A stretch of DNA of 40,559 nt. It comes from Nitrospinota bacterium (GTDB lineage Bacteria; Nitrospinota; Nitrospinia; Nitrospinales; VA-1). Location of the stretch: the NCBI GenBank assembly GCA_036339675.1, contig JAYZAN010000078.1:1-40559 (forward strand), written 5' to 3'. Under the pieces are notes generated by a model. It made no database searches and was not told the DNA's origin. It worked only from the letters and a program-made list of their open reading frames with translations. Position 1 is the first letter of the stretch. Every line of letters starts with the position of its first letter. This document shows, piece after piece, positions 1 to 10,278 of the stretch. Made by a program: the position numbers and the translations under genes.

Positions 1-459
1 GTCCTTCATCGACTAGAAGCCCTTCTTCCACTGCCGTCTCCCTGGATCAAACTTGGACTGGCGAATATAATGACCTTGATCGCCTTGGTATTCCTAGGAG
101 TCCGGGAAGCGTTCATGGTCACGGTTTTAAGGATCGTTCTCGGGTCCTTTGTCGGAGGCACTTTTTTAAGCCCTACATTTTTTCTAAGCCTTATGGGAGG
201 GCTTTCAGCGACATGGATCATGGCACTGCTATACAGGGAAGGAAGGCCATTCAGTTTAGTGGGCATCAGCATAGCGGGGGCCTATGGCCATACCCTAGCG
301 ATCTTTATGATTGTATATCTGCTATTTATTCCACAAGCCATGTTTTTAAACCTTCTTCCCGTATTTTTTTTCATGGCTCTATTTTCCGGAACTCTCACCG
401 GGCTGGTGGCCAACACCCTGGCCCAACGGTTTGCAGGGCAAAGAATTTCCTTTAAATAA
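1..459 (+). CDS. Gx transporter family / heptaprenyl diphosphate synthase component I-like membrane protein (5'-truncated by window)
   Basis: Frame open from base 1: VLHRLEALLPLPSPWIKLGLANIMTL...; the P..KLGLAN motif plus several hydrophobic helices is typical of this family. Confidence 0.75.
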   Translation, partial: VLHRLEALLPLPSPWIKLGLANIMTLIALVFLGVREAFMVTVLRIVLGSFVGGTFLSPTFFLSLMGGLSATWIMALLYREGRPFSLVGISIAGAYGHTLAIFMIVYLLFIPQAMFLNLLPVFFFMALFSGTLTGLVANTLAQRFAGQRISFK

Positions 460-562
460 TTTATTCATCCTTTCCGAATTTAATATTTAATTTAGACATT
501 TTTCCAACTTTGTATTAAAATTCCTGTATTAAATTTCTAGATGATTTATCGAAGGACAATCC

Positions 563-742
563 ATGAACGACCAACCCGAACAAGACAACAAGCTTTCGAT
601 CCTTTCAGAATTCTGGGGCTTCCTCAAAACCCGGAAAAAATGGTGGCTGGGTCCTATCATATTCGTTTTACTTTTGATGAGCCTGTTGATCGTCCTGACC
701 GAAGGAAGTGCGGTGGCTCCCTTCATTTACACCCTCTTTTAA
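563..742 (+). CDS. Small membrane protein, DUF5989 (SxtK-like) family, 59 aa
   Basis: Not in ORF track; hand translation MNDQPEQDNKLSILSEFWGFLKTRKKWWLGPIIFVLLLMSLLIVLTEGSAVAPFIYTLF; signature RKKWWL.P...GSA.APFIYTLF; AAGGA upstream. Confidence 0.85.
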   Translation: MNDQPEQDNKLSILSEFWGFLKTRKKWWLGPIIFVLLLMSLLIVLTEGSAVAPFIYTLF

Positions 743-754
743 ACACCAATATTC

Positions 755-1438
755 TTGAAGCTTTCGATTGTAATACCAGTCTATAACGAGTTCGCAACCA
801 TTCGGGAAATCCTCAGGCTGGTTGAGAAAGCCACGTTTGAAAAAGAAATCATTCTGGTCGACGATTGTTCCACCGACGGGACCTTGGAAATTCTTAAGGA
901 ATACGAAACCCGGCCGGGGTACAAGGTTCTCTACCACTCCAGAAATAAAGGTAAAGGCGCCGCCTTGAGAACCGGGTTCGCTGAATCCCGCAATGACATC
1001 ATTGTGGTCCAGGACGCGGATCTGGAATACAGTCCCGCGGATTATCCCACACTGCTTGAACCCATCCTGGACGGCAGGGCCGATGTGGTTTACGGCTCAC
1101 GCTTTCTCGGCGGCCCGCATCGAGTAATGTTCTTCTGGCATTATATCGGCAATAAAGTATTGACCACCCTCTCGAACATATTTACCAATTTGAACCTTAC
1201 CGATATGGAAACCGGTTACAAGGTATTCAAAAGAAGCGTTCTGGATTCTATGAAATTCAAATGCAACCGTTTCGGTTTCGAACCGGAATTCACCAGCAAA
1301 ATCGCTAAGAAAAATTTCCGGGTTTATGAAGTGCCCATCTCATATAGCGGAAGGGATTATACAGAAGGAAAAAAAATAGGCTGGAAAGACGGTGTGGCCG
1401 CCCTCTGGTATATCCTCAAGTTCCGGTTCACAGACTGA
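755..1438 (+). CDS. GT2 family glycosyltransferase (DPM1/ArnC-like polyprenol-phosphate glycosyltransferase)
   Basis: [46 protein letters not shown] motifs; TTG start. Confidence 0.9.
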   Translation: MKLSIVIPVYNEFATIREILRLVEKATFEKEIILVDDCSTDGTLEILKEYETRPGYKVLYHSRNKGKGAALRTGFAESRNDIIVVQDADLEYSPADYPTLLEPILDGRADVVYGSRFLGGPHRVMFFWHYIGNKVLTTLSNIFTNLNLTDMETGYKVFKRSVLDSMKFKCNRFGFEPEFTSKIAKKNFRVYEVPISYSGRDYTEGKKIGWKDGVAALWYILKFRFTD

Positions 1439-1551
1439 CTACAGCTTTGGGAAAATTTATGCCTCCGGTCAGTTCGAATTAAAGTTCCCGCCGCAAATTC
1501 CCTGTTGCCTGTTTTCCCCAAGCCAATGGAACCGCAAAAATGATCAACCTG

Positions 1552-1956
1552 TCAGGCGGAATTGAATTTTTCTCCGCAAAAATCACACTGATCGTCATTC
1601 ACCAGGGCCACATGGCCACAGGATGAGCAATGGTTGAACTGTTCATGTTCATCAAGCAGGCTCCGCGCTTTTACCAGATCATCTTTTCTTGCCCACAAGC
1701 GGACTTTGTTTAATTCCCCGACCGGCGCTGGCCCGGCATGGAATGAAATATTCTCCATGGCGCAGGGTATGTCCTCATTTTCAAGAAACCCCTGGATGAT
1801 GTAGGCATTTTCTTCCTGGTAAATGGTGCATAAGATGTCCAGTTCTTGCTCCCCGCCAAGCAGGGGATCCAACCGTTCCACCAATTCAACGTCGCAAGCC
1901 TGGCACATTTTGATATCCACCCTGAACTCGCCTCGGCACTCGGGACAAAACGGCAT
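1552..1956 (-). CDS. DUF2007-like putative signal-transducing protein with N- and C-terminal Cys zinc ribbons
   Basis: MPFCPEC...CQACDVELV, central A.IIQGFLENEDI, C-terminal CSSC..CDFC; ATG at 1956 preferred to ORF-track 1986. Confidence 0.7.
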   Translation of the reverse strand: MPFCPECRGEFRVDIKMCQACDVELVERLDPLLGGEQELDILCTIYQEENAYIIQGFLENEDIPCAMENISFHAGPAPVGELNKVRLWARKDDLVKARSLLDEHEQFNHCSSCGHVALVNDDQCDFCGEKFNSA

Positions 1957-2034
1957 CTTAGAACTTCCTCCCGGCTTCGGGTTCAAGAAAGTTGATGTTA
2001 TTCAACGATGAGATAATAGTTAATTCCCCGAACG

Positions 2035-2958
2035 TCAATCCACCGCCCTGACACGGACGGGCGCTTTTTTTTGAGATGTCCCTTCGACTACGGATTCTTC
2101 GCCGGTTTTCTTTTTATCTTCCGTTTTCTTCAACACTTCAGCTTCTTCCGTTTGGTCTTTTTCTTCTTTTTTTTGTTTCTTCTCTTCTTCCTGCTTGGCC
2201 AGGGTGACTGCCCGCTCTTTTCTTTCCTCGGCCTCTTCAATGCGTTTTTCCAATTCCTTTTTCAATGCCTGGATGAGTTGGTTCTTGGTATTCTCCTCTT
2301 CTTTTAACCGAGCTTTGGTGGCGGCGGTCCTTTTCGTCTCGTGGTTGCCCATCACGGTAACCTTCTCATCCACGGCAAGGCTTTTTTGAAGAAATCCGGT
2401 CACCTCGGCAAAAATATTATTATCAATTTCTGACAGTTTCTCCACCAGAGATTTCTTTTCCGAGATAGTTTTTATAACCGTATTATGTAAATTTTCAAAG
2501 GTCATGCGAAGGTTGTTGGGTCGGTCTTTAAAGGATTCATAGCGTTTAATATCCTGCTCGAGAAAAGCCGACGCCTCCTCGAATGCCTGTTTTTCAGCCG
2601 CCGGGAATTCACGCAACCTGTCCAATTCAGATTTCAAATCGGCTTCTCTTGCCTCCTTGAGGGCTTCCCCTTTATCATCCCTTCTAATGTTTTTGCTAGG
2701 AGATTTGGATTTAGAAACGGGTTTTGATAGAACCATCCCCCTCATTTCTTTTATCTTGGAAGGAAAACGGTATTGTGCGGGAATTTTACTTGGGTCATCC
2801 GTAAAATGGTTTTTGCCCTGATCGTCCTTCCATTTATAAACTCCCGCAAAAGAAGGCTGGGCATGAAAGAGGACGAAGGTAACGGCTATGACACCGAACA
2901 TAAAACAGCTGGGCAAACTCCTTATCTTTCCGGGAGTATTTTTATTCAAAGGATCCAT
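2035..2958 (-). CDS. Exported DUF4124-domain protein with charged coiled-coil C-terminus
   Basis: Signal-peptide-like segment ending SFA, followed by GVYKWKDDQGKNHFTDDP; E/K-rich helical tail. Confidence 0.75.
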   Translation of the reverse strand: MDPLNKNTPGKIRSLPSCFMFGVIAVTFVLFHAQPSFAGVYKWKDDQGKNHFTDDPSKIPAQYRFPSKIKEMRGMVLSKPVSKSKSPSKNIRRDDKGEALKEAREADLKSELDRLREFPAAEKQAFEEASAFLEQDIKRYESFKDRPNNLRMTFENLHNTVIKTISEKKSLVEKLSEIDNNIFAEVTGFLQKSLAVDEKVTVMGNHETKRTAATKARLKEEENTKNQLIQALKKELEKRIEEAEERKERAVTLAKQEEEKKQKKEEKDQTEEAEVLKKTEDKKKTGEESVVEGTSQKKAPVRVRAVD

Positions 2959-3105
2959 AAATCCAGTTGGCCTTAAAATAGTCTTTGTTTTCTTCCCGCT
3001 TATTATACAATGCGGGGAAGGCTCTGCTATAATTTATATAATCACCAGATGCAACCCTTTTGGCCGAAATCGGCGACTCATAAATAAAAAGGGCCGGAGA
3101 ATCCC

Positions 3106-3522
3106 ATGCCTTCGAGCCGGTTGCTTTATATTTCGGAAAACATCTTCAAACTTCCCAGGAAGGACAGGGTGGTGGGGTCCTTCCTGTATGACAAATACAA
3201 TGAAGCCATCGCCCGCGTGGACGGGCTTGTCGTGGAATCTCAAACTTTTCTAACCCGATATTTGATCATTAATTTTGGAGGATTCCTGAAAATCGGCGGA
3301 AAGAAAATCACCCTACCCGTCAAGGTCTGTGAATTTGCCGATCTGGGAAAGGTCAAAACGGAATGGACCAAAGAATCGATGAAAGACGCCCCCGCTCCCA
3401 ATGACATCGAAGATACAACCACGGATGAGGAGGAGTTAATTTTGAGTTACTTTGACCTTCAACCCAACTGGCCCGTCCATCCCCCCGATCCGAGAGATAA
3501 AAGCTCCAATCCCGAAACGTAA
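3106..3522 (+). CDS. PRC-barrel domain protein
   Basis: VVG..LYD...E.I..VDGLVV......RYLIINFGGFLKIGGK.I.LP pattern. Confidence 0.7.
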   Translation: MPSSRLLYISENIFKLPRKDRVVGSFLYDKYNEAIARVDGLVVESQTFLTRYLIINFGGFLKIGGKKITLPVKVCEFADLGKVKTEWTKESMKDAPAPNDIEDTTTDEEELILSYFDLQPNWPVHPPDPRDKSSNPET

Positions 3523-3624
3523 CATTAGAAGAGGATCTAACCGGTCAGGATTTTTAACTCATCCCTGAACGGCATCTGTCCTAATTTAATACCCCCGTCC
3601 CCCAGGAGAGGAGTTTTCCGCAAG

Positions 3625-4785
3625 TCAGAATTTTTTGATCAGTCTCTGAACGGCATCTGTCACATCTTTGATGCTGATGTCCTCCAGGCAAAAGGGTTTG
3701 TTATGCATGGAGGGTTTGCATTCCTTGAAAAATCTTTGCCTGCAGGGGGAACAGGGATAATTCTTGGTTACGATTTCTTTCTTTTCAGGCTCCAGGTAGG
3801 GCCCGGTCGTATCCCCACTGCCCGGACCGAATATTCCCACCAGGGGAGTACCCACCATGGCGGCAAGATGCATCATTCCACTGTCGTTTCCGATGAACAG
3901 ACGGCAGGTCTTAATCAGGGAGGAAATCTCCCTCAAATTCATTCTGGGAATAATGAAGGCGGTTTTGGGAGGGCAGAATTTTTCAATCTGCTCCAGCAGC
4001 CCAATTTCATCTGCATTGCCCACCAGGATGATCTTCGCCTCGTATTCCTTGACCAGTTTTTGGCAAAGCAGCCCAAACCGGTCGGGGTGCCAGCTGCGCT
4101 CAGGCTTGGAGGTACCGGGATGAATGGAAACGGTAAAATCATTTTTTTCGACTCCGATACTCTTTAAAAAATCCTGGACGGAAGGCATATCATCATCCTG
4201 GTTGAGAGCGGTGAATCCCGAATCCGGCGGATTCAGTTCCATAGAGGAAAGCAGGTTGTAAAAATAATCTACCCGATACTGGCTTTTTATCAACCGCGAA
4301 TTGACTTTAACGGGATGGGTCAACAATAAGGTCCGCCCATCCGTGTTGTAACCGATTCGGTATTTGGCGCCGGATAAAAACATCATGACGGCACTCCGCA
4401 GTGAGTTCGGGAAAGCCACTCCCAGATCAAAACCATATTTTTTTAAACCACGGGCGAACTGAATATGATGGAAAAAGCCATCGTCGGAATTCAGTGGAAT
4501 ACGGATGACAGAATCGAGATCGGGGTGATGGGATAAAAGTTCATCGGTAGGGGTGCTAACAATGGCAGTGATTCTCGCGGACGGAAACTTTTTTCTTAAA
4601 ACCTGTAATGATGGAAGAACAAGAACAGCATCTCCAATCCAGTTTGGCATCCAAAGGGAAATATGGTTGATCTCTTGGAGCGGTATTTTATCTGCATCAT
4701 CGGGAGATTCTGGCGAAGCCTTATGGTCAGTCCCTGCTTGTCGGAAATCCATTATTTCCTGTTTTTCGTCCGTGGATAGGGTCAT
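3625..4785 (-). CDS. waaF: GT9 lipopolysaccharide heptosyltransferase II-like
   Basis: PNWIGDAV, IGNDSGMMHLAA, PLVGIFGP, CSPC motifs. Confidence 0.8.
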   Translation of the reverse strand: MTLSTDEKQEIMDFRQAGTDHKASPESPDDADKIPLQEINHISLWMPNWIGDAVLVLPSLQVLRKKFPSARITAIVSTPTDELLSHHPDLDSVIRIPLNSDDGFFHHIQFARGLKKYGFDLGVAFPNSLRSAVMMFLSGAKYRIGYNTDGRTLLLTHPVKVNSRLIKSQYRVDYFYNLLSSMELNPPDSGFTALNQDDDMPSVQDFLKSIGVEKNDFTVSIHPGTSKPERSWHPDRFGLLCQKLVKEYEAKIILVGNADEIGLLEQIEKFCPPKTAFIIPRMNLREISSLIKTCRLFIGNDSGMMHLAAMVGTPLVGIFGPGSGDTTGPYLEPEKKEIVTKNYPCSPCRQRFFKECKPSMHNKPFCLEDISIKDVTDAVQRLIKKF

Positions 4786-6035
4786 TTTACTCTGCGAATT
4801 TTAGCTCCGAGTCCGGACAGCTTTTTTTCCATTTTCTCGTATCCCCGATCGATGTGATACACCCGCGAAATGACGGATTCCCCTTTTGCAGCCAGAGCCG
4901 CCAGTACCAGAGAAGCGCTCGCCCTAAGATCGGTGGCCATCAGGGGAGCTCCGCTTAACTGCTCCACCCCGCTGATGATGGCGCTGTGGCCGTCCACAGT
5001 GATGTCGGCCCCCATTCTTTTCAGTTCCGCCGCGTGCATGAACCGGTTCTCGAATACCGTTTCCATCATTATACTCTGCCCCTTGCCCAAGGTCATCAGC
5101 GCCATAAATTGCGCTTGCATATCGGTGGGAAATCCTGGAAAGGGCTGGGTTTTGATGTTGACGGCCCGAAGGTCTCCCGGACGGTTCACCCGGACCCGGT
5201 TTCCTGCCGTTTCGACCTGAATCCCTGCCTGCTGTAACTTATGGATCAGAGGTTCCACATGATTCGGGATACAGTTCTGGATTTCCACCTCTCCTCCCGT
5301 AATCGCTCCTGCGATCATATAGGTGGCGGTTTCGATCCGGTCGGGAAAAATCCGGCAATCAATGGGCTTCAGGGAGGTGACCCCTTGGATGGTCAGCATG
5401 TCGGTCCCCTGGCCCTCAATCTTGGCCCCGGCCCGGTTCAGGATGTCGGCCAGGAACACCACCTCGGGTTCTTTAGCAACATTTTCCAGGATGGTTTCAC
5501 CTTCCGCCAGAGTCGCCGCCATCATGACATTGGCCGTTCCGGTGACCGTGACGGTGTCGAAATAATAACGGGTCCCACGAAGTTTTTTAGCGGTTCCGAA
5601 AATGTATCCCTCTTCGAGCTGGATGTCCGCACCCAGGGCCTCCATGCCTTTTATGTGAAGGTCGATGGGCCGGGCACCGATGGCACAACCCCCTGGGAGC
5701 GATACCTTGGCTTTTCCCAACCGTGCCAAAAGAGGCCCCAGCACAAGACAGGACGCTCTCATGGTGGATACCAGATCATAAGGAGCTTCCGGGTTGTTGA
5801 CCATAGAACTGTCCAGTTCAATGCGGTCACCCTCGAAAGAGCCGATGTTCATTCCCAGTTCCTTGAGCAGGTTCGCCATTGTGGTGACATCACGAACCTG
5901 CGGAATACCGGAAATAATGTTTCCCCCGGAAGTCAGAATCGTGGCAGCCATGACAGGCAGCACGGCATTTTTCGCTCCGCTGATCTCCACCTTGCCCTGC
6001 AAGGGGGTATTACCTTCTATAATGATTTTGTCCAT
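4782..6035 (-). CDS. murA: UDP-N-acetylglucosamine 1-carboxyvinyltransferase
   Basis: SGAKNAVLP, LPGGCAIGARP, FPTDMQAQ, DLRASA, HIDRGYE. Confidence 0.98.
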   Translation of the reverse strand: MDKIIIEGNTPLQGKVEISGAKNAVLPVMAATILTSGGNIISGIPQVRDVTTMANLLKELGMNIGSFEGDRIELDSSMVNNPEAPYDLVSTMRASCLVLGPLLARLGKAKVSLPGGCAIGARPIDLHIKGMEALGADIQLEEGYIFGTAKKLRGTRYYFDTVTVTGTANVMMAATLAEGETILENVAKEPEVVFLADILNRAGAKIEGQGTDMLTIQGVTSLKPIDCRIFPDRIETATYMIAGAITGGEVEIQNCIPNHVEPLIHKLQQAGIQVETAGNRVRVNRPGDLRAVNIKTQPFPGFPTDMQAQFMALMTLGKGQSIMMETVFENRFMHAAELKRMGADITVDGHSAIISGVEQLSGAPLMATDLRASASLVLAALAAKGESVISRVYHIDRGYEKMEKKLSGLGAKIRRVK

Positions 6036-6140
6036 CTAATATTGATCCGCTAAAAAAATTTGTCCCGACCGTCATAAAAATGTGTGTGCGCTAAAATGAT
6101 CCCATTGTGGCCACTGCAGATTTTCAGCGGGCCAATTTAT

Positions 6141-6428
6141 GGAAACCTCTAATAAGTCTAAATTTTTGTGGAGAACCTCCGCTTGTAAAGGGTGACATTA
6201 TTAATTCGCGCTCAACGTTCATCGTCAACTCTAGAATCTATTAGCCAACTACCCCCGCGGTACGCCCACTATGTGGGAGGAAAAAGGATGAACCTTATTT
6301 TGCGCCCAACGATCATCGTAAGCTCAAAAGCTATTAGCCATCTGGCACCGCGCCGAGCGGACGGCCATGAACTTGCCCTTGAATTTAAAGGGCAAGTTCA
6401 TGGCCGATCACAATTTTTAGAGGTGCCC
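6141..6428. mobile_element. MITE-like element carrying two tandem repeat-family units and a long hairpin
   Basis: Imperfect terminal inverted repeats GGAAACCTCTAA / TTAGAGGTGCCC; TTAT direct repeat on both flanks (6137-6140, 6429-6432); units at 6206 and 6300; homologous to 40270-40412 and to dnaE insertions. Confidence 0.7.
6362..6406. repeat. Perfect 19-bp inverted repeat with 7-nt loop
   Basis: CGGCCATGAACTTGCCCTT (6362-6380) / AAGGGCAAGTTCATGGCCG (6388-6406). Confidence 0.95.
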
Positions 6429-6515
6429 TTATTTCTTCCCGCCAGCTTGGTGGAAATTTTTCTCTGAAATGACTCGGTCTCGGAAACAGTAATATATTTA
6501 TCCGCCATGAGATAT

Positions 6516-7394
6516 TTATCCATGTACCTGTAAAATTTTTTTCGCCGATATGATCCGGTCGCGGCCGCTGTAATCGGGAAACACCTCAACACCGGCAACC
6601 CCCCCATGAGCCCGGAAAATTTCAGAAACTCTTTGAGCCTGGTCTTCGCCGATCTCCATAAGAAGACTTCCCCCGTCTTTTAGAACTGTGAATGAACGGG
6701 GAATGATTCTTTTATAAAAATCAAGACCTCCCGGCCCGCCATCCAATGCCTGCCGGGGTTCATAAGCCCTCACATCGGTCATCAGGTGGTCCAGACGTCG
6801 GGTCTCTATGTAGGGAGGATTTGACAGAATAAAATCGTAAACTGGCCCGCAATCCTCATCCATTAAATCCGCGTGCACAAAACGAATGCGGTCCGACACC
6901 TGATGAGTTCGTGCATTTTCCCCGGCAATATCCAAGGCGTTTTTTGAGTTGTCCACAGCGGTTATCATCGCCCGGGACAATTCTTTAGCCACAGCGATGG
7001 CGATATTTCCGGTGCCGGTTCCAATATCCAGAATTTGAAACGGCCGATCCTTCTCCGATGCGGTTATCAGATCCAGAAACCGCTCAAGGAGAACCTCCGT
7101 TTCGGGCCTGGGCACCAGGACATCCGGGGTTACTTTAAAATCGAGGGACCAGAATTCCTTTTTCTTCAGGATATAAGAAACCGGCTCCCAGCGTGCCCGC
7201 CGTTCGACAAAATTTTTACAGATCTGATGTTCTTGTTCGGTCAATTCCCGGCGCGGAGCGATGAGTAAGTGTTCCCGGCTGGATTTCAGAACCTCCGCTA
7301 AAAGTACTTCGGAGTCCAGGCGGGGATTATCGACCCCGGCGCGGTCCAGACAGGACGAAGACCAATCGAGGAATCTCTGTGCCGTCCAGTTCAT
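6516..7394 (-). CDS. prmC: Release factor glutamine methyltransferase PrmC/HemK
   Basis: VLVPRPETE, LDIGTGTG, SNPPY, ALDGG..GLDFY; downstream of prfA; ORF extends to 7448 but ATG at 7394 fits family length. Confidence 0.95.
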   Translation of the reverse strand: MNWTAQRFLDWSSSCLDRAGVDNPRLDSEVLLAEVLKSSREHLLIAPRRELTEQEHQICKNFVERRARWEPVSYILKKKEFWSLDFKVTPDVLVPRPETEVLLERFLDLITASEKDRPFQILDIGTGTGNIAIAVAKELSRAMITAVDNSKNALDIAGENARTHQVSDRIRFVHADLMDEDCGPVYDFILSNPPYIETRRLDHLMTDVRAYEPRQALDGGPGGLDFYKRIIPRSFTVLKDGGSLLMEIGEDQAQRVSEIFRAHGGVAGVEVFPDYSGRDRIISAKKILQVHG

Positions 7395-7460
7395 CGTCCC
7401 ATCCCCTTTCACCCTTTGATTGAGAATTCCGTTCTGAGTGCGGTTCATTAATTTTAATGA

Positions 7461-8567
7461 TCATACCGAAAGTGTTCCGGCCTTTTCATTCTTTCCTTCG
7501 TCATCCCTTTGTTTGAGAGATTCCGTCTGAAAATGAATCGCTAGTTTTTCGACGATTTCATCCAGATCCCCCTCCATGACCTGGGAGAGTTTGTGAAGGG
7601 TCAACCCGATTCGATGATCGGTGATCCTCTCCTGCGGGAAATTATAGGTCCTGATCCGTTCGCTCCGGTCACCGGTTCCAACCTGCTGTTTCCGGTTACG
7701 GGCCAACTCGTCTTTTTGTTTTCTCTGCTGCTCATCGTACAACCTGGCACGAAGGACCTTCATGGCTTTATCCTTATTCTTGTGCTGGGATTTCTCGTCC
7801 TGACAGGTCACGACCAGCCCGGAAGGGACATGAGTGATTCTCACCGCCGAATCCGTGGTGTTGACGCTTTGTCCCCCAGGACCAGATGAACGAAATACAT
7901 CGATCTTTAATTCCGCGAGATTGATCTTGATATCTATATCTTCCGCTTCGGGCAGAATGGCCACGGTTACCGCCGAGGTGTGGATTCGCCCCTGGCTTTC
8001 GGTCTCAGGCACCCGCTGCACGCGGTGGGTACCGCTCTCAAACTTTAATTTACTGAATACTCCCTTCCCTTGAATACTCAAAATGACCTCTTTGAAACCA
8101 CCCTTTCCGGTCGGGTTCTGGCTCAAAATCTCCGTCTTCCATTTTTTGGTCTCTGCATAACGATTGTACATCCTGAACAAATCCGCAGAAAACAGGGAAG
8201 CCTCTTCTCCCCCTGTACCCGCGCGGATTTCCATGATGGCGTTTTTTTCATCCCGGGGATCCTTGGGAAGAAGCAGTACCTTCAACCGGTTTTCGGCCGC
8301 GGATTTTTCTTCCTCCAATCTTTGCAGGTCTTCCTGGGCCAGTTCGAGAAGTTCAGGGTCGTCTTCCTCACCCAGAAGTTTATTACTGTCCTCCAATTGC
8401 CGGTTGATCTTTTTCAATTGCCGGTATTCGGTCATGATTGGAGCGAGATCCGACTGCTCCTTGGCGTACTTCTGGTATTCGAATTGCCTAGAGATGATAT
8501 CCGGGTCACTGAGCAATTCGTTCAGGTCATTGTACCTTTTTTCAACTTCCTCAAGCCGGTCAAACAT
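7461..8567 (-). CDS. prfA: Peptide chain release factor 1
   Basis: GGQ motif ([10 protein letters not shown]), PET anticodon-like tripeptide, EIRAGTGG; start ATG 8567 (ORF to 8588). Confidence 0.97.
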   Translation of the reverse strand: MFDRLEEVEKRYNDLNELLSDPDIISRQFEYQKYAKEQSDLAPIMTEYRQLKKINRQLEDSNKLLGEEDDPELLELAQEDLQRLEEEKSAAENRLKVLLLPKDPRDEKNAIMEIRAGTGGEEASLFSADLFRMYNRYAETKKWKTEILSQNPTGKGGFKEVILSIQGKGVFSKLKFESGTHRVQRVPETESQGRIHTSAVTVAILPEAEDIDIKINLAELKIDVFRSSGPGGQSVNTTDSAVRITHVPSGLVVTCQDEKSQHKNKDKAMKVLRARLYDEQQRKQKDELARNRKQQVGTGDRSERIRTYNFPQERITDHRIGLTLHKLSQVMEGDLDEIVEKLAIHFQTESLKQRDDEGKNEKAGTLSV

Positions 8568-8672
8568 GATTCTCTTTCCGAAACTCAAAAAATTGTGTGG
8601 CAGTTAACTTAAGGGATGTCGGGATTCGACGGAAATGGGTCTAGGGACAACGAGGGGGGTCGCGCCCGGAGG

Positions 8673-8773
8673 CCAGCGTGACGGTGGACCCAACAGGGTG
8701 AAGTTCTGATTGCGCTCAGTAATTATTGAGTATAAACCAGAGTTTCAGCCAGTTCCCCGCCCGCGTGGCGGGC
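8673..8773 (+). repeat. Diverged intergenic copy of the repeat family
   Basis: CCAGCGTGACGGTGGACCCAACA matches 11627-11649 at 20/23; then, at the same 16-nt spacing after CCCAA, TTGCGCTCAG-N28-GCCA (8710-8751). Confidence 0.6.
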
Positions 8774-8777
8774 CAGA

Positions 8778-9017
8778 CTATTCGGGGGCTGCAGTTTCCT
8801 GGGCGGCTTCTTTTTTCTGGGCTTTTCCGTATTTGCGGTTGAATTTTTCGATCCTGCCCGCGGTGTCGATCAACTTCTGTTTCCCAGTATAAAACGGATG
8901 GCATTGAGAACATATTTCCACATGCACATCCTTGACGGTGGCCCGGGTTTTGATCTCGTACCCACACGCGCATCGGAAGGTGGTTTCAAAATATTCAGGA
9001 TGGATCTCGACTTTCAT
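8778..9017 (-). CDS. rpmE: 50S ribosomal protein L31 (zinc-binding type)
   Basis: [24 protein letters not shown]. Confidence 0.97.
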   Translation of the reverse strand: MKVEIHPEYFETTFRCACGYEIKTRATVKDVHVEICSQCHPFYTGKQKLIDTAGRIEKFNRKYGKAQKKEAAQETAAPE

Positions 9018-9027
9018 ACCATCTTTC

Positions 9028-10278
9028 TTATGAGTTCATCGACGAGAGGAACTCAGAGTTAGTCTTGGTTTCCTTAATTTTTTGCAGGAGAAGGTCCATA
9101 GTATCATGAACCCCCATGGGTAATAAAACTTTTCTAAGAAGCCAGATGCGCTGCAAGTCTTCCGGCGGCAGAAGAAGCTCTTCTTTCCTGGTTCCCGACC
9201 GATGGATATCGATGGCGGGGAAGGTTCTCTTATCGGCCAGTTTCCGGTCGAGGACGATTTCCAGGTTACCGGTTCCCTTGAATTCCTCGAAAATCACGTC
9301 ATCCATCCTGCTACCCGTATCGATCAGGGCCGTGGCGATGATTGTCAGGCTGCCGCCTTCCTCCAGGTTCCGGGCAGCGCCGAAGAAACGTTTGGGACGC
9401 TGAAGGGCATTGGAATCAACACCTCCGGACAGCACTTTTCCGCTAGGCGGCACGATGGCGTTGTAGGCCCGGGCCAGCCTGGTGATACTGTCGAGAAGAA
9501 TCACCACATCCCGTTTGTGTTCGATCAGGCGCTTGGCCTTTTCGATGACCATTTCCGCCACCTGGACGTGACGCTGAGCCGGTTCGTCAAAGGTGGAACT
9601 GATAACCTCCCCTTTGACAGACCTCACCATATCCGTCACCTCTTCCGGCCTTTCGTCGATCAGGAGGACAATCAAAACGACTTCCGGGAAATTGGTGCTG
9701 ATGCTGTTGGCAATGGACTGCAACAACATGGTCTTCCCCGTCCGGGGCGGGGCCACGATTAATCCGCGCTGGCCTTTTCCTATCGGGGTCATCAAATCCA
9801 TGATACGAGCGCTGTAGTCATGCCCGTTCAGCGTTTCCAGCCTTATCCGCTCCTCGGGGTACAGCGGTGTCAGGTTGTCAAAAAGGATCTTGTCCTTGGT
9901 CTTGTCCGGATTCTCAAAGTTGATCGCTTCGACTTTCAACAGCGCGAAGTACCGCTCGCTCTCTTTTGGCGGCCGGATCTGTCCCGATATGGTGTCCCCG
10001 GTGCGCATGTCGAATTTCCGGATCTGCGACGGCGATACATAGATGTCATCCGGCCCCGGCAAATAGTTATAGGTCGGAGCACGGAGAAAACCGAACCCAT
10101 CCGGCAGAATTTCCAATACGCCCTGACCGAACATCAGGCCGTCCTTTTCCGTCCGCGCTTCTAATATCTTGAAGATCAGGTCCTGCTTGCGTAATCCGCT
10201 ATGACCTTGAATTTTAAGGTCCTTGGAAATATTTGTGAGTTCGGAGATAGTTTTAGATTTGAGTTCTTCAATATTCAT
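9028..10278 (-). CDS. rho: Transcription termination factor Rho
   Basis: [35 protein letters not shown]. Confidence 0.99.
   Translation of the reverse strand: MNIEELKSKTISELTNISKDLKIQGHSGLRKQDLIFKILEARTEKDGLMFGQGVLEILPDGFGFLRAPTYNYLPGPDDIYVSPSQIRKFDMRTGDTISGQIRPPKESERYFALLKVEAINFENPDKTKDKILFDNLTPLYPEERIRLETLNGHDYSARIMDLMTPIGKGQRGLIVAPPRTGKTMLLQSIANSISTNFPEVVLIVLLIDERPEEVTDMVRSVKGEVISSTFDEPAQRHVQVAEMVIEKAKRLIEHKRDVVILLDSITRLARAYNAIVPPSGKVLSGGVDSNALQRPKRFFGAARNLEEGGSLTIIATALIDTGSRMDDVIFEEFKGTGNLEIVLDRKLADKRTFPAIDIHRSGTRKEELLLPPEDLQRIWLLRKVLLPMGVHDTMDLLLQKIKETKTNSEFLSSMNS

Noticed and set aside
6206-6360. CRISPR-like array (arms plus 27/28-nt spacers)
   Set aside because: At most two units in tandem, arms are degenerate, middles are homologous between copies, and there are no cas genes in the window
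6192-6467. 91-aa ORF in the prmC-murA spacer
   Set aside because: Translation of the repeat element; no RBS or protein family evident
8613-8635. tmRNA-like 5' end (GGATTCGACGG)
   Set aside because: Lacks the GGGG acceptor start at the right distance, no room for a full tmRNA, and no matching 3' T-arm/CCA seen
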